Shown: piece after piece, positions 1-6,663 of the stretch
Position numbering within the stretch: the first letter of the stretch is position 1
Layout: every line of letters begins with the position of its first letter
From: Delftia acidovorans NBRC 14950
GTDB taxonomy: Bacteria; Pseudomonadota; Gammaproteobacteria; Burkholderiales; Burkholderiaceae_C
Length of the DNA stretch: 32,000 bases
NCBI RefSeq assembly: GCF_001598795.1
Contig: NZ_BCZP01000026.1
Span: forward strand, 44,283 to 76,282
Direction of reading: 5' to 3'
Program-made: the position numbers and the translations under genes
Notes under the pieces: generated by a model
Databases searched by the model: none
Seen by the model: the letters and a program-made list of their open reading frames with translations, nothing else
Told to the model about the DNA's origin: nothing

Positions 1-564
1 CTGCTGCGCTCGGTCTGCGAGGACTTCTGGCTGGTCGGCCGTGGCGTGGTCGGCCCCTTCGACGGCGACCTGGACGACTACCAGCGCTACCTGCTGGAAG
101 AATCCCGCCGCCTGCGCGAGGAGGCCCGCAAGGCCGAACAGGCGGCTGCGGCCACCAGCAAGGCGGCAGCGCAGGTGGAGCCTGCAGCACATGCAGCACC
201 TGCAGTGCAGGCCCCCGCGACTGCTGCGCTGGCCCCGGCCCCCGCTGCCCCGTCCACGCCGCCGGCCGCCAGTGCCGGAGACCAGCGCGAGCAACGGCGC
301 CTGGCGGCCCTGGCCCGCCAGCAGATGGCCGAGAAGACCCGGCCGTTCAAGAAGGAACTGGAACAGCTGGACAAGCGCCTGCCCCAGCTGCAGGCCGAGC
401 GCACGCGGCTCGAAGGCCTGCTGAGCCAGCCCATCTCGCCCGCCGACATGGCCGAGACGGGCCGCAGCCTCAAGGCCTGCAACGACGAGATCGACAGCCT
501 GGAAGAGCGCTGGCTGGAACTGAGCGAGCAGATCGAGCAGCTGTCGGCCGCGATCTCCGACTGA
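1..564 (+). CDS. ABC-F family ATPase (YheS/Uup-like), C-terminal fragment; the 5' end lies upstream of the window
   Basis: Frame 1 is open from base 1 to TGA 562-564. It starts LLRSVCEDFWLVGRGVVGPFDGDLDDYQRYLL, matching the end of the second ABC domain of YheS-type ABC-F proteins. An Ala/Pro linker and a coiled-coil C-terminal tail (ELEQLDKRLPQLQAERTRLEGLL...LEERWLELSEQIEQL) follow. Confidence 0.8.
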   Translation: MLRSVCEDFWLVGRGVVGPFDGDLDDYQRYLLEESRRLREEARKAEQAAAATSKAAAQVEPAAHAAPAVQAPATAALAPAPAAPSTPPAASAGDQREQRRLAALARQQMAEKTRPFKKELEQLDKRLPQLQAERTRLEGLLSQPISPADMAETGRSLKACNDEIDSLEERWLELSEQIEQLSAAISD

Positions 565-584
565 TTCCAGTCGTTCTCGAAAAT

Positions 585-608
585 CAGGCGGTCCCATGGG
601 ACCGCCTG
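585..608 (+). terminator. Perfect 24-nt palindrome (caggcggtccca/tgggaccgcctg) 21 nt after the ABC-F stop; hairpin terminator candidate without a clear U-tract
   Basis: Read directly: 585-596 is the exact reverse complement of 597-608. There is no T-run downstream, so the call is tentative. Confidence 0.4.
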
Positions 609-735
609 CCACAAGCGTCGTCCCGCGTGAAGACGGCGCTCCACTTCGGCTCAGCCGAAGTGCGCCCCTGAGGCCCCCCCCACTCCCCTCACGCCCCCAA
701 CTCCCCCACAGCCAGCGGAACGCATAGATCGTTTG

Positions 736-813
736 ATTCAGGGTTTCTCCTGAATGAAAGATTTCATTCTTAAAAAATAATGAATGAAAGAGACCATTCA
801 CTTTCATTCATTC
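736..813. promoter_or_regulatory. AT-rich promoter/operator region with four TGAATGAAAG-type half-sites arranged as two inverted repeats, directly at the rpiR-family gene start
   Basis: GAATGAAA(752-759)-ga-TTTCATTC(762-769). TGAATGAAAG(781-790)-N10-CTTTCATTCA(801-810). Also ATTCAGG(736-742)/CCTGAAT(749-755). GC content is strikingly low for this genome. Confidence 0.5.
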
Positions 814-1770
814 ATGGAACTCCACCCCCACCCCGCCGTACAGGAACTGCTGCGCGCCAGCGTCGATGGCTCGCCCGCTGTCGCCCGGGTCGGCCGCTGG
901 ATGGCCGCGCATCCGGTGCTGGCCGTCACGCTGAGCGCCGAGGAAGTGGCCAATGCCTGCGGCGGCTCCCTGGCTGCCGTCAACCGCTTCGCCAAGCATG
1001 CCGGCTACGAAGGCTTTGCCGATTTGCGCCTGCACCTGGGCCGCCAGCTGCAGCAGGCCCTGGAACCCGTGAACAAGCTGCGCGCGGCGCATGGGCCCGA
1101 AGCCGCCACGGCAGGCGCTGCGGGCGCCGTGGGCACCATGGGCGCGCAGGCCTTCGGGCATACGCAGCGCAACCTGCAGGCTGCTGCGCAGGCCTGCGAC
1201 CCCGGCCTGCTCGACCAACTGGCCCAGCGCATCTGCCGCGCACGCCGTGTGCTCTTCATGGGGTTTGGCAGCTCCCACCATGTGGCGGCCTTTGGCGCCG
1301 ACGTGCTGCAACCCTATCTGCAGCAGGTGGTGGAAGTGACCTCCGCAGGCGGATCGGAACAGGCGGTACGCCGCATGACAGGGCTGACGGAGCAGGACGT
1401 GCTGATCGCCATTTCACTGCCGCGCTACTCGCGCGAAGCCGTCGCGCTGACGGCGCACGCACGCCAGCGGGGCGCCCTGACCATCGCCATCACCGACGAG
1501 TCCACGAGTCCGCTGGCCCGCGAGGCCGACTACACGCTGCTGGCGCCCGCCTCGCATCCCCTGCTGCCTTCATCGCCAATGGCGGCCATGGCCATGGTCG
1601 AGGCACTGGCCACCCAGGTCATCCGCGCCACACCCCAGGCCGTGCGCAGCCTGGTCGAATTGTCCGAGTCGGTACTTCCCTACCTGACTCCGGACGCCGA
1701 TACCGCTTCGCCGGCGGCAGGCAAGCCGCAACCCCAGGCCCCTCATCCCGCTGGAAAGGATTCACCATGA
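784..1770 (+). CDS. RpiR/MurR-family transcriptional regulator (N-terminal HTH_6 plus C-terminal SIS domain)
   Basis: HTH region: LSAEEVANACGGSLAAVNRFAKHAGYEGFADLRLHL. SIS region: ARRVLFMGFGSSHHVAAFGADVL...DVLIAISLPRYSREAV...GALTIAITDESTSPLA. Alternative start at ATG 814 (MELHPHP...). The stop overlaps the next ATG (ATGA at 1767-1770). Confidence 0.85.
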   Translation: MKETIHFHSFMELHPHPAVQELLRASVDGSPAVARVGRWMAAHPVLAVTLSAEEVANACGGSLAAVNRFAKHAGYEGFADLRLHLGRQLQQALEPVNKLRAAHGPEAATAGAAGAVGTMGAQAFGHTQRNLQAAAQACDPGLLDQLAQRICRARRVLFMGFGSSHHVAAFGADVLQPYLQQVVEVTSAGGSEQAVRRMTGLTEQDVLIAISLPRYSREAVALTAHARQRGALTIAITDESTSPLAREADYTLLAPASHPLLPSSPMAAMAMVEALATQVIRATPQAVRSLVELSESVLPYLTPDADTASPAAGKPQPQAPHPAGKDSP

Positions 1771-2804
1771 ACGCCCCTGCCCGTCTGCGCCTTGCGCTTG
1801 CATCGATGGCCGCCCTCTTCACACTCGCTGCCGCGCCCGCCCACGCTGGCAAGACGCTGGACGGCATCAAGCAGCGCGGCGCCGTGGCCTGCGGCGTGCA
1901 CACGGGACGCGCAGGCTTTGCGCTCGCCGACGGCAGCGGCAACTGGTCCGGGCTGGACGTGGATCTGTGCCGTGCCGTGGCTGCAGCCACCCTGGGTGAC
2001 GCCAGCAAGGTCAAGTTCATTCCCACCAGTGGCCAGACACGCATCACGGCGCTGCAGTCCGGCGAGATCGATCTGCTGGCACGCAACACCACCTGGACCT
2101 TCACGCGCGACAACGGCCTGGGCCTGATGTGGGCGGGCATCAATTTCCACGACGGCCAGGGCTTCATGGCCAGGAAGAAGCCCGGCCTGAACAGCGTCAA
2201 GCAGCTCTCTGGCGCCACCATCTGCGTGATCAGCGGATCCACCACGGAAAAGACCCTGTCGGAGTACTTTCGCGCCCACAAGCTCAACTACAAGGCGGTG
2301 GTGTTCGACAACCCCGAAGCCGCCCTGCAGGCCTTCAGCAGCGGACGCTGCCAGGCCTATACAGGCGACCTTGGCGCCCTGGCCGTGCTGCGCGGCAAGG
2401 AACTGGCCAACCCCGACGACTACGTGATCCTGCCCGAAGTCATCTCCAAGGAGCCAGCCGGCCCGGCCGTGCGACGCGGTGACGACGAATGGTTCGCCGT
2501 CGTGCGCTGGACACTCAACGCCATGATCGAGGCCGAGGAACTGGGCATCACCCAGGCCAATGCCGACGAGCTCAAGACCCGCTCCGACAGCATCCAGGTC
2601 AAGCGTTTCCTGGGCCAGAGCGACGACCTGGGCAAGCAGCTGGGGCTGGACAAGGAATGGGCCCTGCGCATCGTCAAGGCCGTGGGCAACTATGGCGAGA
2701 GCTATGAGCGCAACCTGGGCGCCAGGTCGGGCCTGAACGTGCCGCGCGGCAAGAACGCGCTGTTCACCAAGGGCGGCCTGATGATGTCGCCGCCGATGAA
2801 CTGA
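1767..2804 (+). CDS. Polar/general L-amino-acid ABC transporter periplasmic substrate-binding protein (AapJ/BztA-like)
   Basis: Internal ATG of ORF 780..2804, preceded by AAAGGA. Signal peptide MNAPARLRLALASMAALFTLAAAPAHA. The mature part (GKTLDGIKQRGAVACGV...LDVDLCRAVAAA...IDLLARNTTWT) is typical of AapJ-type binding proteins. Confidence 0.9.
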   Translation: MNAPARLRLALASMAALFTLAAAPAHAGKTLDGIKQRGAVACGVHTGRAGFALADGSGNWSGLDVDLCRAVAAATLGDASKVKFIPTSGQTRITALQSGEIDLLARNTTWTFTRDNGLGLMWAGINFHDGQGFMARKKPGLNSVKQLSGATICVISGSTTEKTLSEYFRAHKLNYKAVVFDNPEAALQAFSSGRCQAYTGDLGALAVLRGKELANPDDYVILPEVISKEPAGPAVRRGDDEWFAVVRWTLNAMIEAEELGITQANADELKTRSDSIQVKRFLGQSDDLGKQLGLDKEWALRIVKAVGNYGESYERNLGARSGLNVPRGKNALFTKGGLMMSPPMN

Positions 2805-2824
2805 CGCGCCGAAGGCACCCTGCC

Positions 2825-3874
2825 ATGAACGCCGCGAACGCCGTGAATGCTGCGAAAGCCGTGAATGCCATCGACGCCGGGGCACGGCAGCCGCCGGCCC
2901 CCACCCGGCCACGCTGGGGCAGGCTGGCCTTGCAGCTCGCCATCGGCTGGCTGCTGATATTGCTGCTGGGCTGGCTGGCGCACAACGCCAGCCGCAACAT
3001 GGCCGCGCGCGGCATTGCCGGGGGCTTCGGCTTTCTGGAGCAGACGGCCGGCTTTTCCATCTCCGAAGGGCTGCTGCCCTACGAGCCCGGCGACAGCTAC
3101 CTGCGTGCAGTCGCGGCCGGCGTGACCAACACGGTTCGCGCCGCCGTGCCCGCGCTCGCGCTGGCCACCGTGCTGGGCCTGCTGCTGGGCGTGGCCGCCG
3201 TGGCAAGGCATCCGCTGCTGCGCGGCGCCGTGCGCCTCTATGTCGATGTGGCGCGCAACATCCCGCTGCTGGTGCAGGTGCTGCTGTGGTATTTCGCGCT
3301 GACTTCGCTGCTGCCCGACGTGGACCGCCCTCTGGCCATCGGGCGCCTGGGCTTTCTGAGCAAGGCGGGGCTGGCCCTGCCCGGCCCGGTGTACGACAGC
3401 GCGGCTGGCTGGCACTGGAGCTCTCCGCAACCGGGCATGTTCGGCATCGACGGAGGACTGGCGCTGACGCCTGAATTCCTGGCCCTGGTGGGAGCCCTAG
3501 GCCTGTATGCCGCCGCCTATTGCGCGGAAATCGTGCGCGCCGGTCTGCAGGCCGTGCCGCGCGGGCAATGGAATGCCGCCTCGGCCCTGGGCATGCGCCG
3601 TGGCCAGCAGCTGCGCCTGGTCGTGCTGCCGCAGGCCCTGCGGGTGATCATTCCGCCCTATACCAACCTGGCGCTCAGCACCATCAAGAACTCCTCGCTG
3701 GCCGTGGCCATCGGCTACCCCGACGTGGTGATGGTCGCCAACACCGCCATGAGCCAGACCGGCCAGGCCATCGAGTGCGTGACCATCATCGCGGTGGTCT
3801 ACCTGGCCATCAACCTGCTGACCTCGCTGGCATTGAATGCCTTCAACCAGCGCAGTGCCTTCATCACAGGCTAG
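2825..3874 (+). CDS. Amino-acid ABC transporter permease (AapQ/BztB-like)
   Basis: ARGIAGGFGFLEQTAGFSISEGLLPYEPGDSYLRA matches the AapQ N-terminal region. Multiple TM segments. EAA-like loop: AEIVRAGLQAVPRGQWNAASALGMRRGQQLRLVVLPQALRVIIPP. Confidence 0.9.
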   Translation: MNAANAVNAAKAVNAIDAGARQPPAPTRPRWGRLALQLAIGWLLILLLGWLAHNASRNMAARGIAGGFGFLEQTAGFSISEGLLPYEPGDSYLRAVAAGVTNTVRAAVPALALATVLGLLLGVAAVARHPLLRGAVRLYVDVARNIPLLVQVLLWYFALTSLLPDVDRPLAIGRLGFLSKAGLALPGPVYDSAAGWHWSSPQPGMFGIDGGLALTPEFLALVGALGLYAAAYCAEIVRAGLQAVPRGQWNAASALGMRRGQQLRLVVLPQALRVIIPPYTNLALSTIKNSSLAVAIGYPDVVMVANTAMSQTGQAIECVTIIAVVYLAINLLTSLALNAFNQRSAFITG

Positions 3875-3891
3875 CCGGGAAAGACCTGCCC

Positions 3892-4974
3892 ATGAGTGCC
3901 GTACTCCGCGCACCGGCCCTGCCGGTGGCCCCGCCCCGGGTTCCGCTGGCACAGCGCCTGCGCGCCAGCCTGTTTCCGGATGCGCTCTCCGGGCTCATCA
4001 CCGCCACGCTGCTGCTGGCCGCGCTGTGGGCGGGCTGGAAGCTGCTGGCCTGGGGCCTGCTCGACGCCGAAACCGCAGCCAACCCCGACACATGCCGCGC
4101 TGCGGCCGGCGCCTGCTGGGGCGTGGTGCGCGACAAGTACCGTCTGGTGTTCCTGGGGCGCTACCCCATGGCCGAACAGTGGCGCCCCGTCGCCGCCAGC
4201 CTGCTGCTGCTGGGCAGCGTGGGGGTGGCGGCACTGCCGCGCTTCTTCGGCCGCGCCGGCATGGCAATGCTGCTGGCCGGGTTGACCGGCTTTGGCGTGC
4301 TGATGGCGGGCGGTGTGGCCGGCCTGGCACCCGTGCCCAGCGATCTGTGGGGCGGCCTGCCGCTGACCCTGTTCCTTGCCGTGATCGCCTGCCTGGCCGG
4401 CGTTCCGCTGGGCATTCTGCTGGCGCTGGGCCGGCGCTCCAGCCTGCCTTTGCTGCGCGTGCTCTGCACGTTGTTCATCGAAGCGGTGCGCGGCGTGCCC
4501 CTGATCACGCTGCTGTTCTTCGGGGCCTTCGTGCTGCCCATGCTGGTGCCCGCGCAATGGCGGGTGGACCCCATGGTCCGCATCGCCGTCTGCCTGGCGG
4601 CCTTCAGCGCCGCCTATCTTGCCGAGGTGTTTCGCGGCGGGCTGCAGGCCGTGCCCCAGGGCCAGGTCATGGCGGCCCAGGCCATGGGCTTCACCAGGGT
4701 GCAGGTGTTGCGCCACGTGGTCCTGCCGCAGGCACTGCGCGTGACCATCGCGCCCACGGTGAGCAACTTCATCGGCGCGGTGAAGGACACCTCCCTGGTG
4801 GCGATCGTGAACATCTACGACATCACCGGCTCCCTGAAGATGGCCATGAGCGACCCCCACTGGATTGCGTACTTCGTGGAGATGTACATGGTGGTCTGTG
4901 CCGTCTACCTGCTCATCGGCCTGGGCATCGCCCGCTATGGCCGCTTCCTGGAATCGCGCTACGCACTCCAATGA
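3892..4974 (+). CDS. Amino-acid ABC transporter permease (AapM/BztC-like)
   Basis: Internal ATG of ORF 3520..4974 (MSAVLRAP...). Contains CRAAAGACWGVVRDKYRLVFLGRYP, as in AapM-type permeases. EAA loop: AEVFRGGLQAVPQGQVMAAQAMGFTRVQVLRHVVLPQALRV. Confidence 0.9.
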   Translation: MSAVLRAPALPVAPPRVPLAQRLRASLFPDALSGLITATLLLAALWAGWKLLAWGLLDAETAANPDTCRAAAGACWGVVRDKYRLVFLGRYPMAEQWRPVAASLLLLGSVGVAALPRFFGRAGMAMLLAGLTGFGVLMAGGVAGLAPVPSDLWGGLPLTLFLAVIACLAGVPLGILLALGRRSSLPLLRVLCTLFIEAVRGVPLITLLFFGAFVLPMLVPAQWRVDPMVRIAVCLAAFSAAYLAEVFRGGLQAVPQGQVMAAQAMGFTRVQVLRHVVLPQALRVTIAPTVSNFIGAVKDTSLVAIVNIYDITGSLKMAMSDPHWIAYFVEMYMVVCAVYLLIGLGIARYGRFLESRYALQ

Positions 4975-5945
4975 ACATGTCCCAGAACTTCCGCAAATTT
5001 TCCATTGCCGTGCACGGCGGCGCAGGCACCGTCATCCAGGGCCAGGCCGACGAGGCCCCCTACCACGCCGCGCTGGCCCAGGCGCTGGATGCGGGCGCCG
5101 CCCTGCTGCGGCGCGGCGCCAGCGCGCTGGACGCAGTCCAGGCTGCGTGCCAGTCCCTGGAAGACTGCCCGCTGTTCAATGCCGGGCGCGGCTCCGTCTA
5201 CACGCGCGACGCGCGCCACGAGATGGACGCCGGCCTGATGGACGGCAGCAACCTGCGGGCCGGCGCAGTCGCTTCCGTCAGCCAGGTGCGCAACCCGATT
5301 GCGCTGGCACGGCATGTTCTTGACGACGGCCAGTGCGTCCTCCTGGTCGGCGAAGGGGCGCAGAGGTTTGCCGATGAGCGCGGGCTGGCGCGGATGGATG
5401 CAGGCTACTTCGACTCTGCCGAGCGCCTGGCACAGCTGCGCCGGGTGCAGGCGCAATCCGGCCAGACCGCGCTGCTGGACCACGACGCAAGCGGACTGGC
5501 GGCGCACCCTGCTCCGCTGAACGAGAACGGCAAGATGGGCACGGTCGGCGCCGTGGCGCGCGATGTGCATGGCAACCTGGCCGCCGCGGCATCCACCGGC
5601 GGGCTGACCAACAAGCGCCCCGGGCGCGTGGGCGACACGCCCGTGGTGGGCGCAGGTTTCTACGCCGACAGCACCACCTGCGCCGTGTCGGCCACCGGAA
5701 CCGGCGAGCATTTCCTGCGCGCAGCCATCGCGCACGACATCCATGCGCGCATGCGCTACCTGGGGCAAAACCTGGAACTCGCAGCCGACGCCGCAGTGCG
5801 GGGCACGCTGACACACATCGGTGGCCAGGGCGGCGTGGTGGCCGTGGACAGCCACGGACGCGTGCACTGCCCCTTCAACAGCGCCGGCATGTACCGCGGC
5901 TACATCGTGGACGACGCGCCTGCCGTGACCCTGATTTTTGCCTGA
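4971..5945 (+). CDS. iaaA: Isoaspartyl peptidase / L-asparaginase (Ntn-hydrolase, asparaginase-2 family)
   Basis: Internal ATG of ORF 3837..5945, overlapping the permease stop (ATGA). FSIAVHGGAGT, NAGRGSV, autoprocessing site GKMGTVGAVARD, and STGGLTNKRPGRVGDTPVVGAGFYAD are hallmark motifs of IaaA/plant-type asparaginases. Confidence 0.9.
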   Translation: MNMSQNFRKFSIAVHGGAGTVIQGQADEAPYHAALAQALDAGAALLRRGASALDAVQAACQSLEDCPLFNAGRGSVYTRDARHEMDAGLMDGSNLRAGAVASVSQVRNPIALARHVLDDGQCVLLVGEGAQRFADERGLARMDAGYFDSAERLAQLRRVQAQSGQTALLDHDASGLAAHPAPLNENGKMGTVGAVARDVHGNLAAAASTGGLTNKRPGRVGDTPVVGAGFYADSTTCAVSATGTGEHFLRAAIAHDIHARMRYLGQNLELAADAAVRGTLTHIGGQGGVVAVDSHGRVHCPFNSAGMYRGYIVDDAPAVTLIFA

Positions 5946-6142
5946 TGGACGTTTTCGCCCCGGGTTGACCTGTGCCCACGCATTGCGGGCAACGAGGCGT
6001 AACAGCATCGGCATTGGCCCGCTACGCCCGTAAGCCTCTGTCAGGAAACGGATTTTTTCTCACCGCGCCAGAAATCTGTCTTCAAACTGACAGATCACCA
6101 CCTCCGGGCTTGCAATTGCTTGCGTCCTGGGGCAATCCCTGA

Positions 6143-6169
6143 GTCAACCTGCAGCCACTTGCCCGCGTT
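6143..6169 (+). promoter_or_regulatory. Promoter-like block 1: GTCAACC-N11-GCCCGCGTT (AAC-N17-CGTT, ECF-sigma-like geometry)
   Basis: Identical motif and identical spacing to the block at 6366-6392. The distances to GCAA, AGGAG and ATG downstream match to the nucleotide. Confidence 0.3.
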
Positions 6170-6196
6170 GAACACGCAACAAAGGAGTGATTGCAC

Positions 6197-6313
6197 ATGA
6201 CCGACATCTTTTCCCACACCGCCCTGCAGACCCGCTTTGCAGCCGCTGCGCTGGCCCAAGCTGTCTGGCCATGGGATGACCGTGACCGCAAGCGCGCACC
6301 CCGCAACGCCTGA
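6197..6313 (+). CDS. Micro-ORF 1, 38 aa: MTDIFSHTALQTRFAAAALAQAVWPWDDRDRKRAPRNA (unknown function)
   Basis: AGGAG at 6183-6187, 9 nt before the ATG. About 73% GC3. The WPxDDRDRKR motif is shared with micro-ORF 2, with mostly synonymous codon differences. Below the length cut-off of the supplied ORF track. Confidence 0.45.
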   Translation: MTDIFSHTALQTRFAAAALAQAVWPWDDRDRKRAPRNA

Positions 6314-6325
6314 AAACCGGGTCAC

Positions 6326-6357
6326 AAAAAAGTTTCGACTTCCTTCGAAAATTTTTT
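6326..6357. terminator. Weak AT-rich hairpin (TTTCGA-cttcct-TCGAAA) flanked by an A-run and a T-run; possible bidirectional intrinsic terminator after micro-ORF 1
   Basis: Stem 6333-6338/6345-6350, followed by ATTTTTT (6351-6357). Only 2 GC pairs, so weak. Confidence 0.35.
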
Positions 6358-6365
6358 AAAAACCT

Positions 6366-6392
6366 GTCAACCAGCTGAATCTGGCCCGCGTT
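6366..6392 (+). promoter_or_regulatory. Promoter-like block 2: GTCAACC-N11-GCCCGCGTT
   Basis: Same motif as 6143-6169, offset by exactly 223 bp. Confidence 0.3.
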
Positions 6393-6419
6393 AAGAGAGC
6401 AATACAGGAGAAAGTTTCC

Positions 6420-6479
6420 ATGCAAACGACTGCCATCATGTCCATCTGGCCCGAAGACGAACGCGATCGCAAGCGCTGA
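6420..6479 (+). CDS. Micro-ORF 2, 19 aa: MQTTAIMSIWPEDERDRKR (unknown function)
   Basis: AGGAG at 6406-6410, 9 nt before the ATG. The C-terminal WPEDERDRKR is paralogous to the micro-ORF 1 motif. An internal ATG at 6438 is an alternative start. Confidence 0.4.
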   Translation: MQTTAIMSIWPEDERDRKR

Positions 6480-6560
6480 GGCGCTGGCTGGCGCACACGG
6501 TGCCCCAGTCTCTGACACCACCGGTCTGACGGCCTTCCGTGCAGACCACCCTCTTCCACA

Positions 6561-6590
6561 GAACCCGCTTCAGCGGGTTTTGTCATTTCT
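6561..6590 (+). terminator. Rho-independent terminator for the micro-ORF 2 transcript
   Basis: AACCCGC-ttca-GCGGGTT stem-loop (6562-6579) followed by TTGTCATTTCT. Confidence 0.7.
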
Positions 6591-6613
6591 GGGACATTTG
6601 CCGCGGGGCTGCC

Positions 6614-6642
6614 CAACAAAAAAGGAGCCCGAAGGCTCCTTT
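6614..6642 (-). terminator. Rho-independent terminator of phaB
   Basis: On the - strand: AAAGGAGCC-ttcg-GGCTCCTTTTTTGTTGGG, about 20 nt after the phaB stop. Confidence 0.8.
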
Positions 6643-6663
6643 GCAGCGCGAACCCTTGCAGGC

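Noticed and set aside
780-1766. N-terminal extensions of ORFs 780..2804, 3520..4974 and 3837..5945
   Set aside because: These long in-frame upstream stretches overlap the preceding genes in other frames and are Arg/Pro/Gly-rich. Internal ATGs with SD or stop-start coupling give proteins with proper signal peptides or N-termini.
2825-2880. Repetitive N-terminus MNAANAVNAAKAVNAIDA of the first permease (direct repeat gccgtgaatgc x2)
   Set aside because: A short, imperfect duplication in a non-conserved cytoplasmic N-terminal tail. No evidence of function.
1743-6014. Long - strand ORFs (1743-3206, 2702-3430, 3871-4971, 4959-6014) opposite the ABC/iaaA operon
   Set aside because: Shadow ORFs of the well-supported + strand operon.
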